From Pecten maximus (Eukaryota), in the NCBI RefSeq assembly GCF_902652985.1, contig NC_047026.1, positions 14,260,001-14,324,000 on the forward strand: 64,000 nucleotides of DNA. Direction: 5' to 3'. Made by a program: the position numbers and the translations under genes. The notes under the pieces are model-generated. The model was not told the DNA's origin, made no database searches, and saw only the letters and a list, made by a program, of their open reading frames with translations. Positions 26,301 to 39,990 of the stretch are shown here, one piece after another. Positions within the stretch are counted from its first letter, which is position 1; each line of letters opens with the position of its first letter.

Positions 26301-29300
26301 TGGAGTGCAGATGCAAAATATAGTCAAATGTCTCATTGAAAACCGAATCACATTACCTTTATACACAGGATCTTGTTATGTAGAGATCCCCTTTATTGCA
26401 GAATTGAACTAATGTAACTTTCCTGAATACATCCGACCCTCAACATAGTTCGGTACCAAAGAACAGTAAAGGTCATAACTCTAATGGGAAAGGTGACCCA
26501 TTTAAATGCGTGAAATAACTAGATGGTAACTATAGAGATAAATATGTTCCTGTCTTAATATTTAAAACAATCACTTTCAGATATGACGCTATAATATTCA
26601 TTCACACGATGACTTCCAAAATTCCAAAACACATTCCATAAAAAGTGCATGGTATATAAATATAAATATAAAAACCCTTGCTTGAGGAAGATGCGCCAAG
26701 TCCATGTGATACCGGATCATCATTAACTTTTGTTCTTATCTCACTTTATCTAATTAGACAATACTACAGTCAAAAACAAGTATATTATTTAAGAATATAT
26801 CGTAATATAGCAAAATATAATGATATATCATAATATAATGATAAAGCATCGATGATAATATACCATAACATTATGATATATCAGCATAATAATACATTAT
26901 AGCATAATATAATATATCATACCATAATGATATAACATAACATGATGTAGTAGGATTATGTTACATAGCATAATTATGTTACATAGCGCAAGTATGCAGC
27001 ATAGCATAACAAGATGTAGCTTGTAAGCGCTTACATGAACATTGAACCATTTTTATGAAAAGTCTGAATAAATTATGTGTCTGTAAAGATCCTACAAACT
27101 AAAATTGTAGTACATGGTTCACTTTAACTACCAAACTTTCAATATGCTTACCGCCAGTCACGCCTTTGAAGACAAGCACCCATTCATCACTGTCTGAAGA
27201 CAATATCACTGTAATGGAATACATCATTAGAAATATCATTATAGAACTTGATATATGAAGAAATACCATACACCATAACAAAGTTCAAGCTATCAAGAAT
27301 GCACTACATCCTTAACATGTATGGGCATATTATACACCACTGCGTAACAATGTACTGTTAAAAATAATAGGCTTTTTTAAAAACAACATCGCGAATTCAC
27401 ATTATGCTAAACCTGGTCATAGGTGAAAATACTAATATGTAACATCAACGATCCTGAGCTATCATATCGTATCCCTAAACATGTCCCGATCAAGGCCAAA
27501 TTGTAATGCCCCTACCAAGAAGAGCCTGGATTTATCGGCCTTTTAAACTCCCCCGGATTCACTTGCAAATATATATTGCATGCTCTGTCTTTAATGACAA
27601 GTTTATATACACGGTCGATTATATATACCCTCTGATTTGGGAGTCGGGATCATTATAGACTTCTGTACACCAAACTTATATGCCTACCTTGATTTTTGTT
27701 TAAATAATTTCCAGAGTGACAGTTTATCAATAAACTACATAACAAGCGTTGTGTGGAAATAATTGAACAGAACACAACGTGCTCATTTGATCTTGTTTTC
27801 AATTCAGATATACCTACATATATTTTGAGAGTTTTTTTCTATTTCAAACATAAGTAAAAATAGAACAACTAGACAAGGATAACCAGTGAAAAATATTTCT
27901 TTACAATTCGCATGAATACATACTGCACGGATCAGGTTAATTATCAATTAATTATTTATATCGACTAGTTTTACCTGTTATATTTCCGTAGTCAGGGAAA
28001 ACTTAACGATCAATATATTTCGGATATGATACATTTCCTGATGAAAATCGATCAAAGGTAAACATTGTTTAAAGAAATGTTTATGGACTGTCGTGGTTGT
28101 TTTGAATGTATAAATAAAGAATATGGCATTATGCCATATCAACTATGACTCTATTCAGGACGCATGTCCGTTATAACATTTGTAAGTTTTTTTAGATAGT
28201 AAATATGGACGAAGAATCTATGATAAATGTTGAAGAGTATATTGTCATTAATTTCTAGGATTTATCTGATCGAAAAGGCCAATAAAGTTTTTGTTGTTTA
28301 AAGATACATGTGGCACATCGTCAATACACCTATTGGTGAAAATAAAGGACTTCCCTGATAAGCTCTGCAATATGATGAGCTTCGTATGAAAAAAGTGAGC
28401 CAACAGGGAGCCACAGTTTGTTGTTATGGGTATACCAATAGTAGTTTCTTCATACTTAATATTGGGGACAGTCTTATTTTAAGGATTTTTTGTTGTTAAA
28501 AAACACAAATATAGAGCTTACATCTTTGTTTATTTTGAAATCAGAATGTGCCAGAATGTGAAACTGCATGGAGGGTTTTCTCTTTAGCTTCCTGATTTCA
28601 GTTCAAGTAAGGTTTTAACTTTAAAGCTAATGTTCGGGTTTTCATCCAGCAATCATATACAGGTATTGCCTTTCAGATATTGGGAAAGATCATTTGACGC
28701 AATATGTCGAAGAATTGCATGGGATTATAGTACAAAATCAACAAGGATGAGCCAAATTCGAGATTATCATTTACTCCATAAAAAGCAAAAATTCATGTCA
28801 AGCTTGTAGGCTTCCATGGACGACTGACACTTTCAAACATCGCTTAAAGCGTATATAATAGGCTTTTGTTTTATAGATACAATGTTTCACGGGAGGAAAA
28901 TACACACAACATTTTCATATTAATACTTAGCTTTTTTGTTTCAAATAGCTTTTTGTCTGGTATTTACAACAATATTTTCAGCACCGTTTATAAACCTTAA
29001 GCTCAGCCACGATTAACACGCATTGCGCCTTCCGCTTTTTCGAAACCGCTTATTGCGAAATATGAATTGATTATATTTTCACAATTAATTTAGCTCGATG
29101 GAATTCAAAGTGATGAATGATGAGAAAAATATACTTTAACATTTTCTTCATCGTTGTCTTTATCGAGCTAATCTGTCTTTCATTAGATCTTTTTCATATT
29201 TGTTCACACTTCAAGTACACGCAAAATTAAATCGATGTAGGAAGGATTTGGTGATTCGATAATTTTCTTTTGCAAATTCCAAGTTTATTAATAAGTTGTG

Positions 29301-29655
29301 TTTAACTCGTATACTCAGTCTTCTTTCTGAACTGTTCGGCGACAAGATACACATTAAATGATGTTTGTTTTTGTGACGAAATGTCGCCATGATTTAATTC
29401 AGTCAATAAATGAAGCCTCGTCACGTTTGAATCAAAAACACTACACTCGGTATATGTATCCAATAAAAACCAAACCTGTGCCAGCTATTACATGTGTCAG
29501 AATCACACGAAAATGAAGATATCAAAATTATGAAGACTTTTAAAGAAATCTGAAATTAAATATTTGCATTTGTTACGTTTCTGATTATATATTTTGTAAA
29601 ATAACCTACTTGGTATAAGAGGAAACAGGAACAGCACTGCCATTAGTCCTGCCAT
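20382..29655 (-). CDS. Type I membrane protein of about 337 aa with an unnamed mollusc-type ectodomain and a 1-nt frameshift at 24140-24142. Exons 29610-29655, 27152-27193, 26005-26147, 24752-24915, 24005-24208, 23450-23494, 22590-22793, 20382-20548
   Basis: Signal-like MAGLMAVLFLFPLIP; motifs WVLVFKG, HYKSDILNYW, VKVGVY..FNASG..WF, NYFSMEG, RRFFVN, C.HDKGW, ADFMTI; Thr-rich linker; KVEEIKQELTVVKKTTS-YKRTKTSAHDGRKSS; TM IGIVGVLMIITVLLLIVVPD. Splice sites are canonical; the first exon is less certain. Confidence 0.75.
26810..27010. repeat. Degenerate pentamer-like (ATAAT/CATAG) low-complexity repeat
   Basis: Runs of ataat/atagc/acata units. Confidence 0.6.
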
Positions 29656-31407
29656 CGCTGCTGATAGACCGCTTTAGTTCTGTTGAACGATACAGCTGCG
29701 TTTGGACTATCTATGCGTATCGTGTTGTGTATATACTGTTATTATGATATAGATTGAACGAAGCCGGGTTAAAACATTCATTGTGATGAATGAGAATTTG
29801 AAAATTGTGAAAATTCTTCCCAGCAAAATATATTTTGGCGAATATATGAACCCTATAATGAATATATTGAGGATTTTTAGCACTCGGTGTTCTGGATACA
29901 TAATGAGATGGTGAAGTGTCCGTCATCCGTCTTCCGCATGCAGTGGAAGACGGATGGCATCCTCTTGTGTCCGGTCCGAACAAACTCCGTTGTATTTTCA
30001 AGTACAGTTTATGCATTGAGTAAAGGTATAATAGGATGTAGTTTCTTATATCCACAGGGCTTGCCTTTAAGGTAACGGGGTCTATTATGTCCAAAACGTA
30101 AATCATTTATTATTTTGCTTAACCAGATGTTTGAATTATGGTGTCATTTCACAGTTTTGATATTATATCTAAACATCCATTAAGGTAATGGTCATTCTGA
30201 ATTTCGCATCTTAACTACTCCTACCATTATTGGAGAATATCGGGCCATTTCACACGTTTATTATTATATTTATACATCAATTATGTGAATGGTCATTTTA
30301 GATTTCTAAATCTTCCTATCACCACGGAAGAATAATAGAAGAATGAAAGAGTTGTATGATGCAATTTGTTCATCGGATATTAGTGTTCAATTCTCTATGT
30401 TTAATTTAGAATACTATTTTTTTTTAAATAATGTGTTTATCGCACACATTTTTTCGTAGAGTCGGATCCACTTCCGGTTCAGTTTCTTTTGTATCAGCCT
30501 GTGTGTGTCAAGCGTTTCACGTTCGCAAAAGTGACCTTCATTAAAGCCATTTTAACCATTAAGAATACATCCGTCATTTATAGATCGGTCAATATACGAG
30601 TTTGAATACAGGACATTTGCCATTGTTAAGTTTGAATGGCCATATGTTAAAACCGCTGATTTGATGATTTGTACTATACGTGAGCGCAATCGATTTCCAT
30701 CCATATAAGACAGATAAAAAGCAATGTTCAATATATATATATTATATATATATGCCAGATTTACAGCCGCTAGTGAATCAAAGGTAAAACTCTTCTCTGT
30801 TTCCTTTACCAGCTATATTAGAGTTTTTTCGTCGTTGAACCTTTTGAATATTGTTTGCCACCTGAGAACCGGATCTTGCCGGGCAATACTTTGTTTTCGA
30901 CAGAAAGCAATGAAAGTTCATTATAAACATCATTGCGTGGTTATACTGATTTCATTCGATTGAATCACCTGCGGTAATATGTCTGTCCCTACGGGACAAT
31001 ACGACCTTTAAGGTATACAGGTCAATAACAGTCAAACCTTAATCGTTACCGTTTTCGTTCGATGTTTACTATCATCATGTTACACGACCGACAACAACTA
31101 TTGTGGTATATATATTGATAAGCAAGAATTTGATTTATGTTGTGATCTTCCCAATTCGTAAAAAAAAACATTATATAGGTCGATGTGAAATACAATAAGT
31201 GATTAAGCATTTTAATCTTGATAGGGTAAGATACTATATCAAGGTTATTGTTTTTTTCAAACCAGAGTGTGTTTACCTTCGTTTGTTAGGAACTGTTCAA
31301 TAGTGTAAAGCAACTAACCAATGCTATTTGAATGAAATTATATTCAGATTATTTCCATGCAAACACACAGAAAAACACTTGATTAGACACATTAAAAACT
31401 TAGAAAC

Positions 31408-31467
31408 GTCCTTAAATGACCCTGGCTGTTAATAGGACGTTAAACAAAAACAAACCAAACCAAACCA
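31408..31467 (+). mobile_element. SINE 3' tail fragment (second copy at 58247-58300)
   Basis: CTTAAATGACCCTGGCTGTTAATAGGACGTTAAAC followed by (AAACC)n, present twice in the window. Confidence 0.6.
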
Positions 31468-34400
31468 GTAACTGGTTTTATATCGTCTGTTTATCGTCAG
31501 TGGTATTTCTACTATAATATCGCACCTGTTTCCTCACCGAAAAGGAAGGGGGTGCCTTTTCTGTGTCACGAACGTATCTTATTCCAAGGAAATGTCTTCA
31601 CTTTGTCCAAAAGCCATAACTGAATTTGATGAAAACGTCCAAGTTCCGGTAAGTTTTCTTTCAATCCGGTAATTAATGCTTAAGTTGCAGACGCTAGCTG
31701 CACCGCCGATAACTTGAACACAGGTTGTCAAAAATTCATAAGAAGACATTCAGGCTTTATATGTAACCGACATCAATTAATGAAAAGCAAAATAGTGACA
31801 ACATCATAAAATATTGCTCTTGAACAAAAAAGGAATATCGAACTGACAACAAATACCACACTAAATATATCAGAATTGATCTCGATGACTTTTCATTCCA
31901 TTAGACTCCTTCCAAAGACGACTAGTTTGATATGTCATAAAGAGAAATACAACAAGCATACAAAAAAGAAAAATATCAAACGAAATGGTTGCATTAACAT
32001 GAAATTGTATCTGCCGTTAAAGTTGTTAATCTTAACGGAAGATGACAAAAATGTAGATTTAATTTCATAAAGCTTTCCGTCAAGTATTTATTTCTGGTTT
32101 AGTATGCTGTAGACTTAGTTTAAGCATTAGACTACCGCTAGTTTCTTAGTCTACCCGCGGGCTATGGAATTTTTACATATGAATGGGTACACATGTCAAC
32201 TACATGTTGTTTCCTAATGTGGACAAAAATATATCTTTTATTCATATTTACAAATATGTAGATGATTGACACCATATTGACGACAGTGTAAATAACACAG
32301 GACACCAAAAACTATTCGTAACACATAGATGCATTGTAGAGAAAAAAAAATCAATGGATTACCTGCGGGTGATATCCCGGTGTAGGCTATCTTGACATAG
32401 TTTTCCCTTTAACCATCTTGTGACCGGGTGACAGTATTTCAACATTTTATCACTAGATGACTGTATTGCTTTCCATTTTGTTGTCAGGTGGCATTATTTT
32501 TGATTTTTTTCATCTTAGCCAATTCCTACATCACAGATGATCCAAACTAGATATGTAACTGAAATTGAAATCCTTTTACACAAATGATACTCAGAATAAT
32601 GACCAATATGAAATTATTCCAGAAATGCGCATTCAATACTTTAAATTGTTGACTGTTATTGAACAAAATATATTTTGTTTTAAGTCGTTTCGTAAAAATA
32701 GATGTTGTAATGAGATTACATGAGAATAGGTTCTGTTCTAATTTGTGTGTATATAACAAATTTTATAGGAAATTCATTGTGCCGTTAGAACAAAAACTGT
32801 ATGCCTTGATGTGAAATCACTTTGCGTTTCTGTGCAGACGATACAAATATTAATATAAACATCTGAAGATAAAGTGGCTTGGTGACAAACATACCATCCT
32901 GCACGGCGTGGAGCGATATTCAAACTAATACATGAAATAAGATGCAGAATTGATATAATCTGATGTTTAAATGATTGATACATAAGGCATTTATACACAT
33001 AGTATAAATATGTATTTATTATCACTTACCTATCAGCTTTTCGTTTTGATGAACTTAACACATTGAAATCTCATTCTTTTAACGGTTATAGAACAACTTG
33101 AAATTCAAATCTTTATAATAAAGTGAACAATGCTTTTGCATCCCTTGCGCTTGGTTCAGACGGAAGTGTGTAATCCCAACGGGATTACACGGTTGGGAAG
33201 GTATCATATCCTTTGTTCAAAGCGGAAATTGCTTCAGTAGCTTCATCAATATTAACCAGGCTGTGTCACAAAGTTTACTGAGTAAATACCAGCATTATTA
33301 GTTTATATTTATATATCTATAATAATACAATGAGAATATAAAACGTCCTCATAATTGTTATCAATCACGAAGTTTGTTATTATATATACCTGGTTTTAAA
33401 ATAGAAATAGAATTTCGATACGATCCGCTTGTATGTACATTTCGAAATATTAGCCGCCAGCCAAATCTAATTATTGATTTTGACATTGATGGAGTTCTTC
33501 CAGTTTTTATCTCACCTGGATCGAAAAGTATTATACCGCGGTATATGGAGATAGAAGGAAACAAAAGGCATCAATGTATACTTCGCTTCGCCTACTTGCA
33601 ATATGCATTTGAAGTCCCAATATCAAATTTCAAATAGAACCTCAATGATATGGGCAGATGCCTGTGTGATGATTGCGGGTGATACATTTGGAACGCTAGA
33701 TTTTGTTAAAAGTTGATAGAAGAACATTGTTTCTGAGACCCAAATCAGAAAGTGCGAAAAGTTGTTGTAAAATGAATTAAGGATATAATTTCCTGTGGTT
33801 TCAATCACCTTCAAGTCTCGTTTTGATCGCATGTAAGGGTATTTTTGTAATATTTACCAAAATATGGTCGATCTTGTTATTTGAAAAATATGTCACAAAT
33901 GTAGACTTCTGTTTTCATTATTTTTTTCCACAAGAATTTTAATAAATTATTAGTTCGGCAGCCATATTGAGATTAATGCATTTCTTGCCCTTCATGAAAA
34001 GCCCAATTTTCACCTTTTTAGATTGGTCACTCAAATTATCATTGTGTGGCCATTTTCAGTTGTAACAAGCTCTGGTGTAAGTTAAGCATTTTGGATTTCC
34101 GGAATGGTGAAAATAACACAGAACAACGGGACAAAAATGGAAGCACAATAACCTCCCATTTTTATGGCTGTTTTAGAAAGAAACACTTGTTTTCTTTAGA
34201 TCTGCTAAATATTCCAAAATGTTTAATTGCAGAACTTCTATGCCATTAAGTTCAATTTCCTAAAGTGTATACGAGAAAAAACGTATGATACAGGAGGTGT
34301 ATATTATTATGACTGCTTTGTAATAATTACTATTATATCCAGATGAGCGATGCAGGCCGCATGTGCCTCTTTAATTTAAATTATCTATGAATAGAATTTA

Positions 34401-35369
34401 ACGATAGATATGTTTAGGTTGAGTTCTTCTATTTTGTTTTAACCGATCCCTATTTTTGAATGAAGGTCAGGCCTTGATTACAATATATGACATCGTTGGT
34501 GCTAAACAGAAAACTTTAGATGTACTAAAATGTGTCATATATGATACAATAATAATCTCGCAACCATCATGAATCAAGCTGATATTACATATTACACCTC
34601 GTTTTTTAACATGGAGTATGGCATTATATCTCCATCCACAATACTATGAGGCAATAGTTCCCCTCTTAAGAAATCAGGCATAGCTAGTTATTATGTTAAT
34701 TGTAAGACATATATAATGTGAAAATAATCACTCGGTAAGCTCGATAAAAACTAATTATTCCCCTGTCAGTAAATACTCACAACATTTAATAGTAACCTAG
34801 TATATTTTCAAAAGAATGTTACATTTTGTACTTGGTTTGTAAATTCATCGAAAGATTTTGGTCTATTACCAGAAAGAAGACAACAGACGGCGATACAAAA
34901 TAATGAGTCCATAACTATAATTTGTTTCTAATGATGTTTTTAATAATGGCAATACATAACAATAATGGAACAACACAGAATACATCGCGCAATATCACAG
35001 TTATGGTTGACAGTCTTGTGAAATCTGGAATCAAAAACAAAAAGATGTTTAGTATTTAATTTTTAAACTGTCAATATACATTTTGGAATCTTTAATTTAC
35101 CATAAAGAAAGGAGTAATAGTATGTTAGGCTGTACGTTGGTTCATTTCTGACAGTAAACATGGAATATGTCATAAAATAGGATATAAAATGGTACCTTTC
35201 GAGAATAGATTTTCCAACTGAATGCCAGATTCACATTCGAGTAAATGGTAGCGCAGAGACCACTTGTGTCAATTTTCATGACGATCGGTTCACTATTCCC
35301 ATTAAAAAATGTAACGCTCACCATAATTTGTATGAGAACTTTGCCGATCTCCACCTCTTTGGTTTACGT

Positions 35370-36027
35370 CTAACCAGTCAGAGTTCCGGTGATGTTGAAG
35401 GCGAACAGCAACAGGAGACCAGAGATCACTGTAATTAAAGCATAAAGCATTTACTAGGAAGTCATGTTTACTTCTAAAGGAAGTAATTGTGAATAGTCAC
35501 GTGTTATCTACGAATGATAATGATAATGGTAATGTTCGCTAAAATGATATTGATGATTAGCCACGGGCTAGTTAGAGATGGTATTACATATAAATTAATA
35601 ATTACATTCCAATTACAAATTACAATTGTAGATGACGTTATTTCAGATAGTCTTGTGTTAGTTAAAGCTGATGATGTTTCGGATAGTCGCCCTAACCTAG
35701 ATATGATGATGTTTCGGATAATCATGTATTGATCTGGCGAGAACTCCTTGTCTGCAGGGGAAAAAACTTGGAATTTTTAACCGAGTTTCTCATAATCGTA
35801 ACGTTAAACACAGACCGAATAACAAAAGTACACTTACGGAGAGCAAAGTTGGAGCTCTTCTTCTGCTGGAGGTTTCCGTAGTTGTAGTAGTAGTTACTCA
35901 GACCGTATCCGCTTCCGTATCCTCCTGTCATTCCGTATCCGGGGTAACTGGATCCGGTCGGGTACTGCATGGCCACAACGTAGGCCACCAGGCATGGGAT
36001 AAGGATGAGGGCGAGACACTTGTTCAT
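35370..36027 (-). CDS. Secreted Gly/Tyr-rich protein copy 1 (82 aa). Coding exons 35838-36027 and 35370-35428; non-coding exon 1 about 37054-37083; 3' UTR exon starting at 35024
   Basis: MNKCLALILIPCLVAYVVA-MQYPTGSSYPGYGMTGGYGSGYGLSNYYYNYGNLQQKKSSNFAL|LISGLLLLFAFNITGTLTG*. Canonical splice sites, conserved in 4 copies. Confidence 0.9.
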
Positions 36028-37079
36028 CTTGTAGCTGTAAATGAAGGCTTCCGTTGTTAAATCATCAGATCATCCAAACATTTTATCTTATTTTAACGTC
36101 TCGTTACACTAATCATTTTATTTACTTTTATACTTTTTTTTTACTGAAACATGTATCTAGCTCAGTTTTTTTGCATGATTTACCGTTATTCAGCAACGTA
36201 CAATTACATATATACATGTATAACCACTAATTATCATGATTTAGCGCTTTACAATAAGTTTAAAGTTACTCAAATGTTATTTTCGCTGAAATATATATGA
36301 TGATATTGATTAATGCGGAAGCAACTTAATCAGTTATCATTGTAATTTAACCCTAAAATCGCATTAATTAATGTATATATTAGAAAAGTTATTTCTGTAT
36401 CACTGTTGTTTGAATGTGATCATATTAATTTTGGTGATGTATTTCAACGGACAAGAAGTGAATTGATGTTTTCCCATAACGTCACTTAAATCAGTATGAC
36501 AGGATTTGATTTGCCGCATGATGTATTTTTTTCTGACGTTTTATCTTTAATAATAATCATAGAATAATTTTATATCTAAAAAATCTTGATTAAGATTTCG
36601 GCGAACATCAAAACCGGTTCACATGCGTGAATTATTATATATAAAAATATTTTTGGCTGAAATATTCTCATGATTACCCTTAATTCTTATGGAAGGATAT
36701 TCCGTATATCCTACAGCATTATATACTATTGCGTAATGTCAGAAAAAAACTCCGATAAAAATCATAATAAAGAAATGTATTCGACGAACGTGTTATTGGA
36801 AACAATCCCTGTAAGTATGGATTCATAAGAATGTGTAATTAAAAGAAAGAAATGCAAAAAACCGGTACTAAAATTTGAACAGGAAATTTTACCCATGGTA
36901 CAAATATTAAGATTCTACTCTTGTATATAACCATTTATAGAAATGTTTCATTCACAATGTATACGACTAAACTGTTTCAAAGCGTGGTTGTTATTAGGCA
37001 CCAAAACACTACTATCCACATTAACATATCTTTTAACACAGACACTTCCTTACCTTTCAGTGTGGAGATCAGACCAGCT

Positions 37080-37225
37080 CTGATTAGTATTGACTACCAT
37101 GCCCTTATATACCTGCATACGCTTACCGGAAGAAAGTGTCCGTATGTAATATTAGGGGCAGTTCGTTGGTAAGAGCCATGGTTCCCTAAGGGGTCGGTAT
37201 TTCACTACCTTTCTGTATGCAATAT
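37080..37225 (-). promoter_or_regulatory. TATA promoter of Gly/Tyr gene copy 1 (equivalents at about 49001-49144 and 56040-56182)
   Basis: TATATAAG at 37111-37104, about 25 nt upstream of an Inr-like TCAG; the block is almost identical in three copies. Confidence 0.75.
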
Positions 37226-39194
37226 ATCGCTGTTATGACTTCCGTGTCTGATAAAAAAAGTATCTCACATAATATTGCCGTCTGCCTTAGTTTCTATATA
37301 TAGGATCTTAATTGAGTTTTCATTTCATCAGATATTTTATCAAATACGTCTTTTTTTATTTTTGTGTGTCATTTTTATGTGTCTTAACGAGCAAAATTTT
37401 AAACTTTGAGACCAGTTTCATGAAATCATAAGTGAAAGGTAAAGGAATAGGAGATAACTAAAATATGTAAAATTCACTGATAATTATCATAACTCTAATC
37501 GCAAAAGCATCATCCTTTTAACCCCCTCATCTAAACCATGTACGATAAGACATGTATAACTACGCGCACGAGAACATTGTTCTCCTATAGCACTGTGTTT
37601 ACCTTAGAAAGTATCATACTCATGTCAAGAAATAACACAAAATCTCAAATAAATAACAATGGCTTGACCATGCCGAGACTGAATCAACGGAATTGAGAAG
37701 GAATGGCCAACTTTTATTTATTTTATGCCTAAATTCTTAGATACCAACAATCCCTGTTCTATCGAATCTTTAACATATCTTATTGTGGCATTTTCGGAAC
37801 TCCATTTGCTGTGCTATTTGAACATTATGTTCGCCGCACTTAGTGATCCACAAGATCTTAAACTATGTAGCCCATATCGTTTGATATAAGGAAAAAAACA
37901 ATATCGTGTTAGATAAATGTTTCCTATCAGACCGAAAAACTGGAAATTTTTGATATTGTCTTCAAAATGAAATCGTCTGATTTGTATTAGCGATATTAAC
38001 AAAACGCTCGATATTCATCATTTATTCCATTTAAACATATCTTATTAGTATTCTGTTATACAATGGGATTGGGTATCCAACTTATATGAATCCCTTTCCC
38101 ATTAGAATTATACATTTTCCTATGGTTCGCTGTTCTACAAAACTATTACAGACGAAGAAGAAATGATAGGTATCTTCAATAGGATGTCCACTTTGACAGT
38201 GAAGTTAATCAATTAGATGAGATTGGAAAATGTAATTATATCGGGTGCTAGATTTATTTCTTAATCTTGCATGCAATATATCGCAATTTCTATTTCCAAC
38301 AGAGTAATAATTAGGTACTTGTGTTCTGTTCTCCTAGAACGACGACTAGCAAGTGGTTCTATACCACTTTCAGAACATAATGAAAGTCTGCTAGCAAAAT
38401 ATGGTTATCACGTAAGTTATTCTTGCAATTTGTGAATAAAGTTTTTCCAATTTGTTCTCATCATCGAGAGAACATCCGTCCTAAACATCGCAACAGTATT
38501 TAAATAATGGCAGAATATATGACTTATAAATTTTAATCATAGTTTGTTTAAAATATGTTTTAGCTTATTACGGAGGATATTTATCTGTTTTGGTACATTT
38601 TTGCATATGTTATCAATATGACTGGACTATTTGCAGTCTGTATCTAGATTAACTCCTAGGTGTTTATGGTTATCAGCAATTTCTACATCTGCATTATCAA
38701 ATCTTTAATTTCACTAACCATGTTTCTGCCCTATTTTGATTTTTACTGAGTTGTTATTTATTTTAGTTTCAATTTCCAAAGGCGATCGACCAGAACACTA
38801 AATAAAGAAATATCATTAGCAAACATTTGGAATGACTTAAAATATTACCAAATATGTCATTTACACAAAGAATATAAAAAAATGAAGACCCTCTACTGAC
38901 CCTTGCGGAACGTCAGCATTAGTCTGACGGAAATTTTCCTATTTTTTTTTTACAATAACTTGTTGTTTCCAATTACTGACATCATTTTTTAACCATTTAA
39001 AAAGTTTCCTGTTTATCCCATAATTTACTAATTTAACAGCCAGTACCTTGTATCACACGGAATCGAACGCGTTGGTTTCATTTTTCAAAATTACATGATT
39101 TCAAAAGTATGATTAATTTAATCATTTGATGGACGGCGGAGTGGCCAGGTTGGAAATCAGACTATTTATACATAAGTGATTTTTCAAGTAAATA

Positions 39195-39990
39195 ATTATA
39201 TCTGTTATTTTTCTTGATTTTTTGCCACTTCTGATTGGCTGAAAAGAGGTCACGCGACCACATGTAAAAAGCTATATTGACCGCTGTCTCCGGGAAAAGT
39301 TTATAAAAAAACTATATTGCACGGTTATTTTTAGAAAGCATCTAGATCACACGAGCGCTTATCGTTTTGTACGTACATTATTGATAAAAGCGTTTGAGCG
39401 ACCTGAATAGAGTGTAAGCAATCAAAGATAGCAGACGACAACCGTGCGCTGTCTGAAGACGATGTCATCAATATTCTTGAAATGCCGACGCTCTTAACAC
39501 AAAGCGAGCTACCAATAGAGCTGTGAAGCTTTTTCGACAATACTTTGCAGCCAGGAACATGCAGAACAACTTCGAGGCATATTCTCACAGATACGTAATG
39601 TCAGTCTTTTTATCTTGAGATGCGTGACAGGAAAGGGGAACTTTACGAGAAATCAACAATGTTGGCCTATAGAAGCGGCAATTCATATTCATATTGAATA
39701 TTGTTGTCTAATTCATATTGGTCTATTCAGGTATCTTTATGGAATTGATATCTAGAAACCAAATGGCAATTACTTTGAACTAACTTTTTAGTCTATATCG
39801 ACCGATATAAAGTTTTTTCACAAAATCAAGAAAAATAATAAAGCAATTATAGCATTTAAAATTCGGTCGATACATAGTTATATCGACCAAAGAAAACATA
39901 TTGACCTCGGACTACGTCCTCGGTTAATATTTTTTTTCTTAGGTTGATATAACAATGTATCGACCTCATTAAAATGCTATATTTGTATAC
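39195..39990 (+). mobile_element. Crypton-like (tyrosine-recombinase DNA transposon) non-autonomous remnant
   Basis: Residual peptide QSFYLEMRDRKGELYEKSTMLAYRSG (about 39602-39680) resembles Crypton/DUF3504-associated sequence; inverted repeat TTATTTTTCTTGATTTT / AAAATCAAGAAAAATAA; 140-bp terminal palindrome at 39846-39986. Confidence 0.6.

Noticed and set aside
27975-28001. Possible extra 27-nt exon (FPDYGNIT) of the membrane-protein gene
   Set aside because: Phase-compatible with a fair donor, but the acceptor lacks a pyrimidine tract; cannot be supported without transcripts.
35322-35372. Stop-codon read-through or selenocysteine extension of the Gly/Tyr protein
   Set aside because: The stop is TAG/TAA rather than TGA and is followed two codons later by a second in-frame TAA in every copy.
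35722-35837. Variable C-termini of the Gly/Tyr ORFs in the ORF track (RKCTFV..., RMCIFF..., RKYNIF...)
   Set aside because: These are intron read-through past the conserved donor C|GT; the real C-terminus is on the next exon.
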